The translations under genes and the position numbers were made by a program. A stretch of 64,000 nt of DNA, taken from the NCBI GenBank assembly GCA_964016885.1, contig OZ024757.1, forward strand, positions 35,278,001-35,342,000, read 5' to 3'. The stretch is from Eledone cirrhosa (lineage: Eukaryota). Below the pieces are notes generated by a model. The model was not told where the DNA came from. It was given only the letters and a program-made list of their open reading frames with translations, and did no database searches. Shown here one piece after another: positions 1-13,500 of this stretch; position 1 is the stretch's first letter; the number at the start of each line of letters is the position of its first letter.

Positions 1-520
1 CTCATTTCATCTCGATCTCTCTGTCTCGTTTCATCCCGCTCTCTCTCTCTCGTTTCATCTCACTCTCACTCTCTCATTTCATCTCGCTCTCTCTCTCTCG
101 TTTCATCTCGCGCTCTCTCTCTTCCTCTCTCTCGTTTCATCTCGCTCTCTCTCTCTCTCTCGTTTCATCACGCGTACTCTCTCTTCCTCTCTCTCGTTTC
201 ATCTCTCTCTCTCGTTTCATCTCTATCTCCCTCGTTTCATCTCTCTCTCTCTCTGTCGTTTCATCTCCCTCTATCTCTCTCTCGCTCTCTCGTTTCCTCT
301 CTCTCTCCCTCTCGTTTCAACTCGCTCTCTCTCTCCTGTATCATCTCGCTCTCTCTCTCTCCTGTTTCATCTCGCTCTCTACTCTCGTTTCCTCTCTCTC
401 GTTTCCTCTCTCTCGTTTCCTCTCTCTCTCGTTTCCTCTCTCTCTCGTTTCATTTAGCTCTCACTCTCTCGTTTTATCTCGCTCTCTCTCTCTCATTTCA
501 TCTCGCTCTCTCTCTCTCGT
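1..520 (-). repeat. TC/GA-rich complex satellite, truncated by the window start
   Basis: Degenerate repeats of CTCGTTTCATCTCGCTCTCTCT, the same satellite as 2290-21420. It joins the Helitron segment at cgtttc|catagaaaagg. Confidence 0.95.
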
Positions 521-610
521 TTCCATAGAAAAGGTAAAGAAAAGAAGAATGCTCTATGTATTGTACAGAGCTATTTAATTACATAATAAACAACAGAATA
601 TAATTATTCC

Positions 611-1370
611 ATGCAAATAGACTTAGAATGGAAAACATTCAGACAGAGAAGAATGGATAATGAGCGTCGTAAGAGAAATTGGCCAACAATTAATATTAAT
701 GGAAATGTAGAAGAATTTCATATTAGTGATATGAATGTTTCGTGTGATCACTGTGGAGCTTTGAAATTTAGAAATGAAAATTGTAACTGTTGTAATAAAG
801 GAAAGGTTGTGTTGCCACCATTGCAAATATACCCTGAGAGACTGAGAAATCTCTTTGAAAGAGGCCAGGAAGCAGTTGATTTCACAGAAACATCTGCAAT
901 TAAAACTACATTTATTTCACTTCATTTGGTGTTACCACCCGGCAGAGGCCCGTATAGCTTTCATATTCAGAGTCAAACATATCACTACACCCCCATCTCT
1001 GTAACCTGCAGAAAATACACCACAATATGGCCAGTTATATATTATTGATGGGAACGAAGGTATGTAGCACAGATTGGAAGTACAACCAAATAATTGTTTC
1101 TGGCACAAGGCCAGCAATTACTGGTACTTTATTCTATCGACCTCATAAGGATGAAAACAAAGTCAACCTTGGAGGGATTTGAACCCAGAACGTAAATGGC
1201 CATAACCCTATGCTGTAAAGCGTGGTGTCTGGCGCTCTACCGATACTGCCAATCCACTGCCCTAGTACCAACAAATAATGACTGCTCACCACAAAAAATG
1301 GCTATGATAAGAGAAGTGTTGCATGAATGTAATCCATATGTCGAAGTGTACAATACAATGCATGGCATCA
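611..1370 (+). pseudogene. Decayed Helitron Rep/Hel N-terminal fragment (copy 1)
   Basis: Motifs MNVSCDHCGALKF..E..CCNKGKVVLP, GPYSFHIQ.QTYH, YGQLYIID (shifted frame) and LHECNPYV match the Helitron N-terminal Zn-finger region. It has frameshifts and a SINE insertion and is truncated after MHGI. Confidence 0.85.
1089..1263 (-). mobile_element. tRNA-derived SINE inserted in the Helitron fragment
   Basis: Minus-strand A box TGGCAGTATCGG and B box GGTTCAAATCC. Approximate target-site duplication agtacaaccaaataat (1079-1094) / agtaccaacaaataat (1264-1279). Confidence 0.85.
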
Positions 1371-1932
1371 CAAATGAATATATATATATATATATATATA
1401 TACTACTAAAGTGTATGTAAAATTTTAAAATAAATACTTAAATTCAATTTGTATAATTACACATACAATATGTTTTGTTGTAAAACCCTAAATAATGATT
1501 TAAGAAATGATGTCAATCTCTTTGTACAGAGAAAAACAATTTATATATATGCATTGTGTGCGCGTGTATACTCCATTTAAGACAGTGAAAAACCTAGTAC
1601 CTCCTTCAAAGAATGCCAAATAGTTTATGCCTAAGGTGTAACACTAATTAAGTTACCGGTGTAGATATTTCAGTTGAACCCTGCTTCAAACATGCATATT
1701 ATTATTATATATTTTCAAACACACTTACATACATTATATTTATACACATAGAAATAATAAGTTAAAACTAAAGTATAATGATATAACAACAGTATATAAT
1801 AGTTTTCTTCACTTTATTGAGATGCAATCGTTTTAAAGAAAAAACATGACAGTATAAGAAATATTTAATATGAGAACATAATATTTCAGGTAGGATGGTG
1901 GTTTCTCTATGATGGTGGTTTCTCTTTGAACT

Positions 1933-2103
1933 AATAATTGTTTCTATTTTAGGCACAAGGTCAGTAATTAACCAGTACATTACTGGTACTTTATTTTATC
2001 GACCCCGTAAGGATGAAAGGCAAAGTTGACCTCGGATCGTAAAGGGACGTAACTATGCTGGAAAGCATGGCGTCAGACCCTCTACCGATACTGACAATTC
2101 ACC
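1933..2103 (-). mobile_element. tRNA-derived SINE (same family, internal deletion)
   Basis: Contains tactggtactttattttatcgacccc...gatgaaaggcaaagttgacctc; homologous to 52843-53035. Confidence 0.8.
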
Positions 2104-2289
2104 ATACAGTATAATTATACAAATATGCATATAGATAGCAATATATATACACTAATATGTATGTACATATTTACACATATGTACATATATATAGGGAGAG
2201 AGAGAGACACATGTATGTATATATATATATACACATGCGTGTATGCATGTGTGTTTATGTACATTCTTCGGTATATATATCGGTATACA

Positions 2290-2532
2290 CATTGGAGACA
2301 CAGAGAGAGAGAGTTGAAACGAGAGGTGAGAGAGAGAGTTGAAACGAGGAGAGAGTTTCAACAAGAGGGTGAGGGGAGAGAGGAAGAGAGAGAGAGAGAG
2401 GAAGAGAGAGAGAGGGGATGAGAGAGAGGAAGAGAGAGAGAGAGGGGAAGAGAGAGAGAGGGAGAGAAGGGGATGAAACAAGAGGGTGAGGGATGAAACA
2501 ACAGAGAGAGGGGAGAGAAAGAGAGAGGGGAT

Positions 2533-2581
<49 letters not shown>

Positions 2582-5500
2582 ATTGAAACAAGAGAGAGAT
2601 GAAACAAGTGAGGGATTAGAGAGAGATGAAACAAGTGAGGGATTAGAGTGTTGAAACAAGAGAGAGAGAGCGAGATGAAATGAGAGAAAGAGAGTGAGAT
2701 GAAATGAGAGAGTGAGAGCGAGATGAAACGAGACAGGGAGAGCGAGATGAAATGAGAGAGTGAGAGCGAGATGAAACGAGAGAGAGAGAGAGCGAGATGA
2801 CACGAGACAGAGAGAGCGAGATGAAATGAGAGAGAGAGAGAACGAGATGAAATGAGAGAGAGAGAGAGCGAGATGAAATGAGACATAGAGAGATGAAACG
2901 AGAGAGAGATGAAACGAGAAAGAGAGGAAACGAGAGAGTGGAAACAAGAGTAGAGAGCGAGATGAAACAGGAGTGAGAGAGCGAGATGAAACAGGAGAGA
3001 GAGAGCGAGATGAAACGAGAGGGAGAGAGAGATGAAACGAGAGAGCGAGAGAGAGATAGAGGGAAATGAAACGACAGAGAGAGAGACAGATGAAACGAGG
3101 GATATAGAGATGAAACGAGAGAGAGAGATGAAACGAGAGAGAGGAAGAGAGAGATAGAACGAGAGAGAGGAAGAGAGAGATGAAACGAGAGAGAGGAAGA
3201 CAGAGGTGAAACGAGAGAGAGAGAGAGCGAGATGAAACGAGAGAGAGAGCGAGATGAAACGAGAGAGAGGAAGAGAGACAGCGCAAGATAAAACTCTGTC
3301 ATGGACATATCTGCCCCTGGGGCTAATAATTGTCATGTAATGTTATGGACATCTCTGCCCCTGTGGCTAATAATTCTGTCATGTAATGTTATGGACAACT
3401 CTGCCCCTGTGGCTGATAATTCTGTCATGTAATGTTATGGACATCTCTGCCCCTGTGGCTAATAATTCTGACATGTAATGTTATGGAATCTCTGCCCCTG
3501 TGGCTAATAAATCTGTCATGTAATGTTACGGATATCTCTGCCCCTGTGGCTAATAAATCTGTCATGTAATGTTATGGACATGTCTGCCCCTGTGGCTAAT
3601 AATTCTGACATGTAATGTTATGGACATCTCTGCCCCTGTGGCTAATAATTCTGACATGTAATGTTATGGACATCTCTGCCCCTGTGGCTAATAATTCTGA
3701 GAGAGATGAAACAAGTGAGGGATTAGAGAGAGATGAAACAAGTGAGGGATTAGAGTGTTGAAACAAGAGAGAGAGAGGAAGAGAGACTGAGAGCGAAATC
3801 AAACGAGAGAGAGCGAGATGAAATGAGAGAGTGAGAGCGAGATGAAACGAGAGAGAGAGAGAGAGCGAGATGAAATGAGAGAGAGAGAGCGAGATGAAAT
3901 GAGAGAGAGAGAGCGAGATGAAACGAGACAGAGAGAGCGGGATGAAACGAGACAGAGAGAGCGAGAGCGAGATGAAACGAGACAGAGAGAGTGAGATGAA
4001 ACGAGAGAGAGAGAGCGAGATGAAATGAGAGAGAGAGAGCGAGATGAAATGAGAGAGAGAGAGCGAGATGAAACGAGAGAGTGAGAGCGAGATGGAACGA
4101 GACAGAGAGAGCGAGATGAAACGAGAGTGGGAGAGCTAGATGAAACGAGAGAGAGAGGAAACGAGAGAGACGAAACGAGAGAGAGGAAACGAGAGTAGAG
4201 AGCGAGATGAAACAGGAGAGAGAGAGCGAGATGAAACAGGAGAGAGAGAGCGAGATGAAACGAGAGGGAGAGAGAGATGAAACGAGAGAGCGAGAGAGAG
4301 ATCGAGGGAGATGAAACGACAGAGAGAGAGACAGATGAAACGAGGGAGATAGAGATGAAACGAGAGAGAGATGAAACGAGAGAGAGGAAGAGAGAGATGG
4401 AACGAGAGAGAGGAAGTCAGAGATGAAACGAGAGAGAGAGAGAGCAAGATGAAACGAGAGAGAGAGATGAAACGAGAGAGAGGAAGAGAGAGATGGAACG
4501 AGAGAGAGGAAGAGAGAGATGGAACGAGAGAGAGGAAGACAGAGATGAAACGAGAGAGAGAGAGAGAGAGATGAAACGAGAGAGAGAGAGCGAGATGAAA
4601 CGAGAGAGAGGAAGAGAGAGAGCGCGAGATGAAACGAGAGAGAGGAAGAGAGAGAGCGCGTGATGAAACGAGAGAGAGAGAGCGAGATGAAATGAGAGAG
4701 TGAGAGTGAGATGAAACGAGAGAGAGAGAGAGAGCGAGATGAAATGAGAGAGAGAGAGCGAGATGAAATGAGAGAGAGAGAGAGCGAGATGAAACGAGAC
4801 AGAGAGAGCGGGATGAAACGAGACAGAGAGATCGAGATGAAATGAGAGAGAGAGAGCAAGATGAAATGAGAGAGAGAGAGCGAGATGAAACGAGAGAGTG
4901 AGATCGAGATGGAACGAGTCAGAGAGAACGAGATGAAACGAGAGAGTGAGAGCTAGATGAAACGAGAGAGAGGAAACGAGAGAGAGAGGAAACGAGAGAG
5001 AGGAAACGAGAGTAGTGAGCAAGATGAAACAGGAGAGAGAGAGAGCGAGATGAAACCGGAGAGAGAGAGCGAGATGAAACGAGAGGGAGGGAGAGATGAA
5101 ACGAGAGAGCGAGAGAGAGATAGAGGGAGATGTAACGAGAGAGTGACAGCTAGATGAAACGAGAGAGAGAGGAATAGAGAGATGGAACGAGAGAGAGGAA
5201 GAGAGAGAGCGCGAGATGAAATGAGAGAGAGAGAGAGCGAGATGAAACGAGAGAGAGGAAGAGAGAGAGCGCGAGATGAAAGTCTGTCATGTAATGTTAT
5301 GGACATATCTGCCCTTGGGGCTAATAATTGTCATTTAATGTTATGGACATATCTGCCCTTGGGGCTAATAATTGTCATGTAATGTTATGGATATCTCTGC
5401 CCATGTGGCTAATAATTCTGTCATGTAATGTTATGGACATCTCTGCCCCTGTGGCTAATAATTCTGTCATGTAATGTTATGGACATCTCTGCCCCTGTGG

Positions 5501-8500
5501 CTAATAATTCTGTCATGTAATGTTATGGACATCTCTGCCCCTGTGGCTAATAATTCTGACATGTAATGTTATGGACATCTGTGCCCCTGTGGCTAATAAT
5601 TCTGACATGTAATGTTATGGACATCTCTGCCCCTGTGGCTAATAATTCTGAGAGAGATGAAACAAGTGAGGGATTAGAGAGAGATGAAACAAGTGAGGGA
5701 TTAGAGTGTTGAAACAAGAGAGAGGAAGAGAGAGTGAGAGCGAGATCAAACGAGAGATAGAGAGCGAGATGAAATGAGAGAGAGAGAGCGAGATGAAACA
5801 AGACAGAGAGAGCGGGATGAAACGAGACAGAGAGAGCGAGAGCGAGATGAAACGAGACAGAGAGAGCGAGATGAAACGAGAGAGAGAGAGCGAGATGAAA
5901 TGAGAGAGAGAGAGCGAGATGAAATGAGAGAGAGAGAGCGAGATGAAACAAGAGAGTGAGAGCGAGATGGAACGAGAGAGAGAGAGAGAGCGAGATGAAA
6001 TGAGAGAGAGAGAGCGAGATGAAATGAGAGAGAGAGAGCGAGATGAAACGAGACAGAGAGAGCGGGATGAAACGAGACAGAGAGAGCGAGAGCGAGATGA
6101 AACGAGACAGAGAGAGCGAGATGAAACGAGACAGAGAGAGCGAGATGAAATGAGAGAGAGAGAGCGAGATGAAACGAGAGAGTGAGAGCGAGATGGAACG
6201 AGACAGAGAGAGCGAGATGAAACGAGAGTGGGAGAGCTAGATGAAACGAGAGAGAGAGGAAACGAGAGAGAGAGGAAACGAGAGAGAGAGGAAACGAGAG
6301 AGACGAAACGAGAGAGAGGAAACGAGAGTAGAGAGCGAGATGAAACAGGAGAGAGAGAGCGAGATGAAACAGGAGAGAGATAGCGAGATGAAACGAGAGG
6401 GAGAGAGAGATGAAACGAGAGAGCGAGAGAGAGATAGAGGGAGATGAAACGACAGAGAGAGAGACAGATGAAACGAGGGAGATAGAGATGAAACGAGAGA
6501 GAGGAAGAGAGAGATGGAACGAGAGAGAGGAAGAGAGAGATGGAACGAGAGAGAGGAAGACAGAGATGAAACGAGAGAGAGACAGAGCAAGATTAAACGA
6601 GAGAGAGGAAGAGAGAGATGGAACGAGAGAGAGGAAGAGAGAGATGGAACGAGAGAGAGGAAGACAGAGATGAAACGAGAGAGAGTGAGAGAGAGATGAA
6701 ACGAGAGAGAGGAAGAGAGAGAGCGCAAGATGAAACGAGAGAGAGAGAGAGAGAGAGATGAAACGAGAGAGAGGAAGAGAGAGAGCGCGAGATGAAACGA
6801 GAGACAGGAAGAGAGAGAGCGCGAGATGAAACGAGAGAGTGAGAGTGAGATGAAATGAGAGAGAGAGAGAACGAGATGAAATGAGAGAGAGAGAGAGCGA
6901 GATGAAATGAGACATAGAGAGATGAAACGAGAGAGAGATGAAACGAGAAAGAGAGGAAACGAGAGAGTGGAAACAAGAGCAGAGAGCGAGATGAAACAGG
7001 AGTGAGAGAGCGAGATGAAACAGGAGAGAGAGAGCGAGATGAAACGAGAGGGAGAGAGAGATGAAACGAGAGAGCGAGAGAGAGATAGAGGGAAATGAAA
7101 CGACAGAGAGAGAGACAGATGAAACGAGGGATATAGAGATGAAACGAGAGAGAGATATGAAACGAGAGAGAGGAAGAGAGAGATAGAACGAGAGAGAGGA
7201 AGAGAGAGATGAAACGAGAGAGAGGAAGACAGAGGTGAAACGAGAGAGAGAGAGAGCGAGATGAAACGAGAGAGAGAGCGAGATGAAACGAGAGAGAGGA
7301 AGAGAGAGAGCGCGAGATGAAACTCTGTCATGGACATCTCTGCCCCTGTGGCTAATAATTCTGTCATGTAATGTTATGGACAACTCTGCCCCTGTGGCTA
7401 ATAATTCTGTCATGTAATGTTATGGACATCTCTGCCCCTGTGGCTAATAATTCTGGCATGTAATGTTATGGAATCTCTGCCCCTGTGGCTAATAAATCTG
7501 TCATGTAATGTTACGGACATCTCTGCCCCTGTGGCTAATAAATCTGTCATGTAATGTTATGGACATCTCTGTCCCTGTGGCTAATAATTCTGACATGTAA
7601 TGTTATGGACATCTCTGCCCCTGTGGCTAATAATTCTGAGAGAGATGAAACAAGTGAGGGATTAGAGAGAGATGAAACAAGTGAGGGATTAGAGTGTTGA
7701 AACAAGAGAGAGAGAGGAAGAGTGAGTGAGAGCGAAATCAAACGAGAGAGAGCGAGATGAAATGAGAGAGTGAGAGCGAGATGAAACGAGAGAGAGAGAG
7801 AAAGCGAGATGAAATGAGAGAGAGAGAGCGAGATGAAATGAGAGAGAGTGAGCGAGATGAAACGAGACAGAGAGAGCGGGATGAAACGAGACAGATAGAG
7901 CGAGAGCGAGATGAAACGAGACAGAGAGAGCGAGATGAAACGAGAGAGAGAGAGCGAGATGAAATGAGAGAGAGAGAGCGAGATGAAATGAGAGAGAGAG
8001 AGCGAGATGAAACGAGAGAGTGAGAGCGAGATAGAACGAGACAGAGAGAGCGAGATGAAACGAGAGTGGGAGAGCTAGATGAAACGAGAGAGAGAGGAAA
8101 CGAGAGAGAGAGGAAACGTGAGAGACGAAACGAGAGAGAGGAAACGAGAGTAGAGTGCGATATGAAACAGGAGAGAGAGAGCGAGATGAAACAGGAGAGA
8201 GAGAGCGAGATGAAACGAGAGGGAGAGAGAGATGAAACGAGAGAGCGAGAGAGAGATAGAGGGAGATGAAACGACAGAGAGAGAGACAGATGAAACGAGG
8301 GAGATAGAGATGAAACGAGAGAGAGAGATGAAACGAGAGAGAGGAAGAGAGAGATGGAACGAGAGAGAGGAAGAGAGAGATGGAACGAGAGAGAGGAAGA
8401 CAGAGATGAAACGAGAGAGAGAGAGAGCAAGATGAAACGAGAGAGAGAGATGAAACGAGAGAGAGGAAGAGAGAGATGGAACGAGAGAGAGGAAGACAGA

Positions 8501-10562
8501 GATGAAACGAGAGAGAGAGAGATTGAGATGAAACGAGAGAGAGGAAGAGAGAGAGCGCAAGATGAAACGAGAGAGAGAGAGAGAGCGAGATGAAACGAGA
8601 GAGAGGAAGAGAGAGAGCGCGAGATGAAACGAGAGAGAGGAAGAGAGAGAGCGCAAGATGAAACGAGAGAGAGAGAGAGAGCGAGATGAAACGAGAGAGA
8701 GGAAGAGAGAGAGCGCGAGATGAAACGAGAGAGAGGAAGAGAGAGAGCGCGAGATGAAACGAGAGAGAGAGAGCGAGATGAAATGAGAGAGTGAGAGTGA
8801 GATGAAACGAGAGAGAGAGAGAGAGCGAGATGAAATGAGAGAGAGAGAGCGAGATGAAATGAGAGAGAGAGAGCGAGATGAAACGAGACAGAGAGAGCGG
8901 GATGAAACGAGACAGAGAGATCGAGATGAAATGAGAGAGAGAGAGCAAGATGAAATGAGAGAGAGAGAGCGAGATGAAACGAGAGAGTGAGAGCGAGATG
9001 GAACGAGTCAGAGAGAGCGAGATCAAACGAGAGAGTGAGAGCTAGATGAAACGAGAGAGAGAGGAAACGAGAGAGAGAGGAAACGAGAGAGAGAGGAGAC
9101 GAGAGAGAGGAAACGAGAGAGAGGAAACGAGAGTAGAGAGCAAGATGAAACAGGAGAGAGAGAGAGCGAGATGAAACCGGAGAGAGAGAGCGAGATGAAA
9201 CGAGAGGGAGGGAGAGATGAAACGAGAGAGCGAGAGAGAGATAGAGGGAGATGAAACGAGAGAGTGATAGCTAGATGAAACGAGAGTGAGAGGAATAGAG
9301 AGATGGAACGAGAGAGAGGAAGACAGATATGAAACGAGAGAGAGAGAGAGCGAGATGAAACGAGAGAGAGAGAGCGAGATGAAATGAGAGAGTGAGGGTG
9401 AGATGAAACGAGAGAGAGAGAGATAGCGAGATGAAATGAGAGAGAGAGAGCGAGATGAAATGAGAGAGAGAGAGAGCGAGATGAAACGAGACAGAGAAAG
9501 CGGGATGAAACGAGACAGAGAGATCGAGAGGAAATGAGAGACAGAGAGAGCGAGATAAAACGAGAGAGTGAGGAAACGAGAGAGAGAGGAAACGAGAGAG
9601 AGGAAACGAGAGTAGAGAGCGAGATGAAACAGGAGAGAGAGAGAGCGAGATAAAACAGGAGAGAGAGAGCGAGATGAAACGAGAGGGAGGGAGAGATGAA
9701 ACGAGAGAGCGAGAGAGAGATAGAGGGAGATGAAACGACAGAGAGAGAGACAGATGAAACGAGGGAGATAGATATGAAACGAGAGAGCGAGATGAAACGA
9801 GAGACTGAGATAGAGATGGAACGAGACAGAGAGAGCGAGATGAAACGAGACAGAGAGAGCGAGATGTAATGAGAGAGAGAGAGAGTGGGATGGAACGAGA
9901 CAGAGAGGAAACGAGAAAGAGAGGAAACGAGAGAGAGAGGAAACGAGAGAGAGGAAACGAGAGTAGAGAGCGAGATGAAACAGGAGAGAGAGAGCGAGAT
10001 GAAACAGGAGAGAGAGAGCGAGATGAAACGAGAGGGAGGGAGAGATGAAACGAGAGAGGGAGAGAGAGATAGAGGGAGATGAAACGACAGAGAGAGAGAC
10101 AGATGAAACGAGGGAGATAGAGATGAAACGAGAGAGGAAGAGAGAGATGGAACGAGAGAGAGGAAGAGAGAGATGAAACGAGAGAGAGGAAGACAGAGAT
10201 GAATAGAGAGAGAGAGAGCGAGATGAAACGAGAGAGAGGAAGAGAGAGCGCGAGATGAAACGAGAGAGAGAGAGCGCGAGATGAAACTCTGTCATGTAAT
10301 GTTATGGACATATCTGCCCTTGGGGCTAATAATTGTCATGTAATGTTATGGACGTCTCTGCACCTGTGGCTAATAATTCTGTCATGTAATGTTATGGACA
10401 TCTCTGCCCCTGTGGCTAATAATTATGTCATGTAATGTTATGGACATCTCCGCCCCTGTGGCTAATAATTCTGACATGTAATGTTATGGACATCTCTGCC
10501 CCTCTGGCTAATAATTCTGACATGTAATGTTATGGACATCTCTGCCCCTGTGGCTAATAAAT
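2290..10562 (+). repeat. Composite macrosatellite, left arm of giant palindrome
   Basis: GAGATGAAACGAGAGA-type blocks alternate with 46-bp arrays (CATGTAATGTTATGGACATCTCTGCCCCTGTGGCTAATAATTCTGT) at about 3296-3698, 5283-5650, 7324-7638 and 10288-10562. Confidence 0.95.
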
Positions 10563-13500
10563 CAGAATTATTAGCCACAGGGGCAGAGATGTCCATAACA
10601 TTACATGTCAGAATTATTAGCCACAGGGGCAGAGATGTCCATAACATTACATGTCAGAATTATTAGCCACAGGGACAGAGATGTCCATAACATTACATGT
10701 CAGAATTATTAGCCAGAGGGGCAGAGATGTCCATAACATTACATGTCAGAATTATTAGCCACAGGGGCAGAGATGTCCATAACATTACATGACAGATTTA
10801 TTAGCCACAGGGGCAGAGATGTCCATAACACTACATGTCAGAATTATTAGCCACAGGGGCAGAGATGTCCATAACATTACATTACATAATTATTAGCCAC
10901 AGGGGCAGAGATGTCCATAACATTACATGACAGAATTATTAGCCACAGGGGCAGAGATGTCCATAACATTACATGACAGAATTATTAGCCACAGGGGCAG
11001 AGATGTCCATAACATTACATGACAATTATTAGCCCCAAGGGCAGATATGTCCATAACATTACTTGACAGACTTTCATCTCGCGCACTCTCTCTCGTTTCA
11101 TCTCGCGCTCTCTCTCTTCCTCTCTCTCGTTTCATCTCGCTCTCTCTCTCTGGTTTCATCTCGCGTTAACTCTCTTCCTCTCTCTCGTTTCATCTCGCTC
11201 TCTCTCTCTCGTTTCATCTCTGTCTTCCTCTCTCTCGTTCCATCTCTCTCTTCCTCTCTCTCGTTCCATCTCTCTCTTCCTCTCTCTCGTTTCATCTCTC
11301 TCTCTCGTTTCATCTCTATCTCCCTCGTTTCATCTGTCTCTCTCTCTGTCGTTTCATCTCCCTCTAACTCTCTCTCGCTCTCTCGTTTCATCTCTCTCTC
11401 CCTCTCGTTTCATCTCGCTCTCTCTCTCCTGTTTCATCTCGCTCTCTCTCTCCTGTTTCATCTCGCTCTCTCTCTCCTGTTTCATCTCGCTCTCTACTCT
11501 CGTTTCCTCTCTCTCATATCCTCTCTCTCGTTTCCTCTCTCTCTCGTTTCCTCTCTCTCTCGTTTCCTCTCTCTCTCGTTTCCTCTAGCTCTCACTCTCT
11601 CGTTTCATCTCGCTCTCTCTCTCTCATTTCATCTCGCTCTCTCTCTCTCGTTTCATCTCGCTCTCTCTGTCTCGTTTCATTTCGCTCTCTCTCTCTCTCA
11701 TTTCATCTCGCTATCTCTATCTCGTTTCATCCCGCTCTCTCTGTCTCGTTTCATCTCGCTCTCTCTCTCTCATTTCATCTCGTTCTCTCTCTCTCATTTC
11801 ATCTCGCTCTCTCTCTCTCTCGTTTCATCTCGCTCTCACTCTCTCATTTCATCTCGCTCTCTCTCTCTCGTTTGATCTCGCTCTCACTCTATCTTCCTCT
11901 CTCTCTCTTGTTTCAACACTCTAATCCCTCACTTGTTTCATCTCTCTCAGATTTATTAGCCACAGGGGCAGAGATGTCCATAACATTACATGACATAATT
12001 ATTAGCCACAGGGGCAGAGATGTCCATAACATTACATGACAGAATTATTAGCCACAGGGGCAGATATGTCTATAACATTACATGACAATTATTAGCCCCA
12101 AGGGCAGATATGTCCATAACATTACATGACAGACTTTAATCTCGCGCTCTCTCTCTCTCGTTTCATCTCGCCCTCTCTCTCCTCCTCTCTCTCGTTTCAT
12201 CTCGCTCTCTCTCTCTCTCGTTTCATCTCGCGCTCTCTCTCTTCCTCTCTCTCTTCCTCTCTCTCGTTTCATATCGCTCTCTCTCTCTCTCGTTTCATCT
12301 TTGTCTTCCTCTCTCTCGTTCCATCTCTCTCTTCCTCTCTCTCTCTTTCCATCTCTCTCTCGTTTCATCTAGCTCTCACTCTCTCGTTTCATCTCGCTCT
12401 CTCGTTTCATCTCTATCTCCCTCGTTTCATCTGTCTCTCTCTCTGTCGTTTCATCTCCCTCTATCTCTCTCTCGCTCTCTCGTTTCATCTCTCCCTCCCT
12501 CTCGTTTCATCTAGCTCACACTCTCTCGTTTCATCTCGCTCTCTCTGTTTCGTTCCATCTCGCTCTCACTCTCTCGTTTAATCTCGCTCTCTCTGTCTCT
12601 CATTTCATCTCGATCTCTCTGTCTCGTTTCATCCCGCTCTCTCTGTCTCGTTTCATCTCGCTCTCTCTCTCTCATTTCATCTCGCTCTCTCTCTCATTTC
12701 ATCTCGCTCTCTCTCTCTCTCTCGTTTCATCTCACTCTCACTCTCTCATTTCATCTCGCTCTCTCTCTCTCGTTTCATCACGCGCTCTCTCTCTTCCTCT
12801 CTCTCGTTCCATCTCTCTCTTCCTCTCTCTCGTTCCATCTCTCTCTTCCTCTCTCTTGTTTCATCTCTCTCTCTCGTTTCATCTCTATCTCCCTCGTTTC
12901 ATCTGTCTCTCTCTCTGTCGTTTCATCTCCCTCTATCTCTCTCTCGCTCTCTCGTTTCATCTCTCTCTCCCTCTCATTTCATCTCGCTCTCTCTCTCCTG
13001 TTTCATCTCGCACTCTCTCTCTCCTGTTTCATCTCGCTCTCTACTCTCGTTTCCTCACTCTCGTTTCCTCTCTCTCTCTCGTTTCCTCTCTCGTTTCATG
13101 TAGCTCTCACTCTCTCGTTTCATCTCGCTCTCTCTCTCTCATTTCATCTCGCTCTCTCTCTCTCGTTTCATCTCGCTCTCTCTGTCTGGTTTCATCTCGC
13201 TCTCTCTGTCTCTCATTTCATCTCGCTCTCTCTGTCTCGTTTCATCCCACTCTCTCTGTCTCGTTTCATCTCGCTCTCTCTCTCTCATTTCATCTCGCTC
13301 TCTCTCTCTCATTTCATCTCGCTCTCTCTCTCTCGTTTCATCTCGCTCTCACTCTCTCATTTCATCTCGCTCTCACTCTCTCATTTCATCTCGCTCTCTC
13401 TCTCTCGTTTGATCTCGCTCTCACTCTATCTTCCTCTCTCTCTCTTGTTTCAACACTCTAATCCCTCACTTGTTTCATCTCTCTCAGATTTATTAGCCAC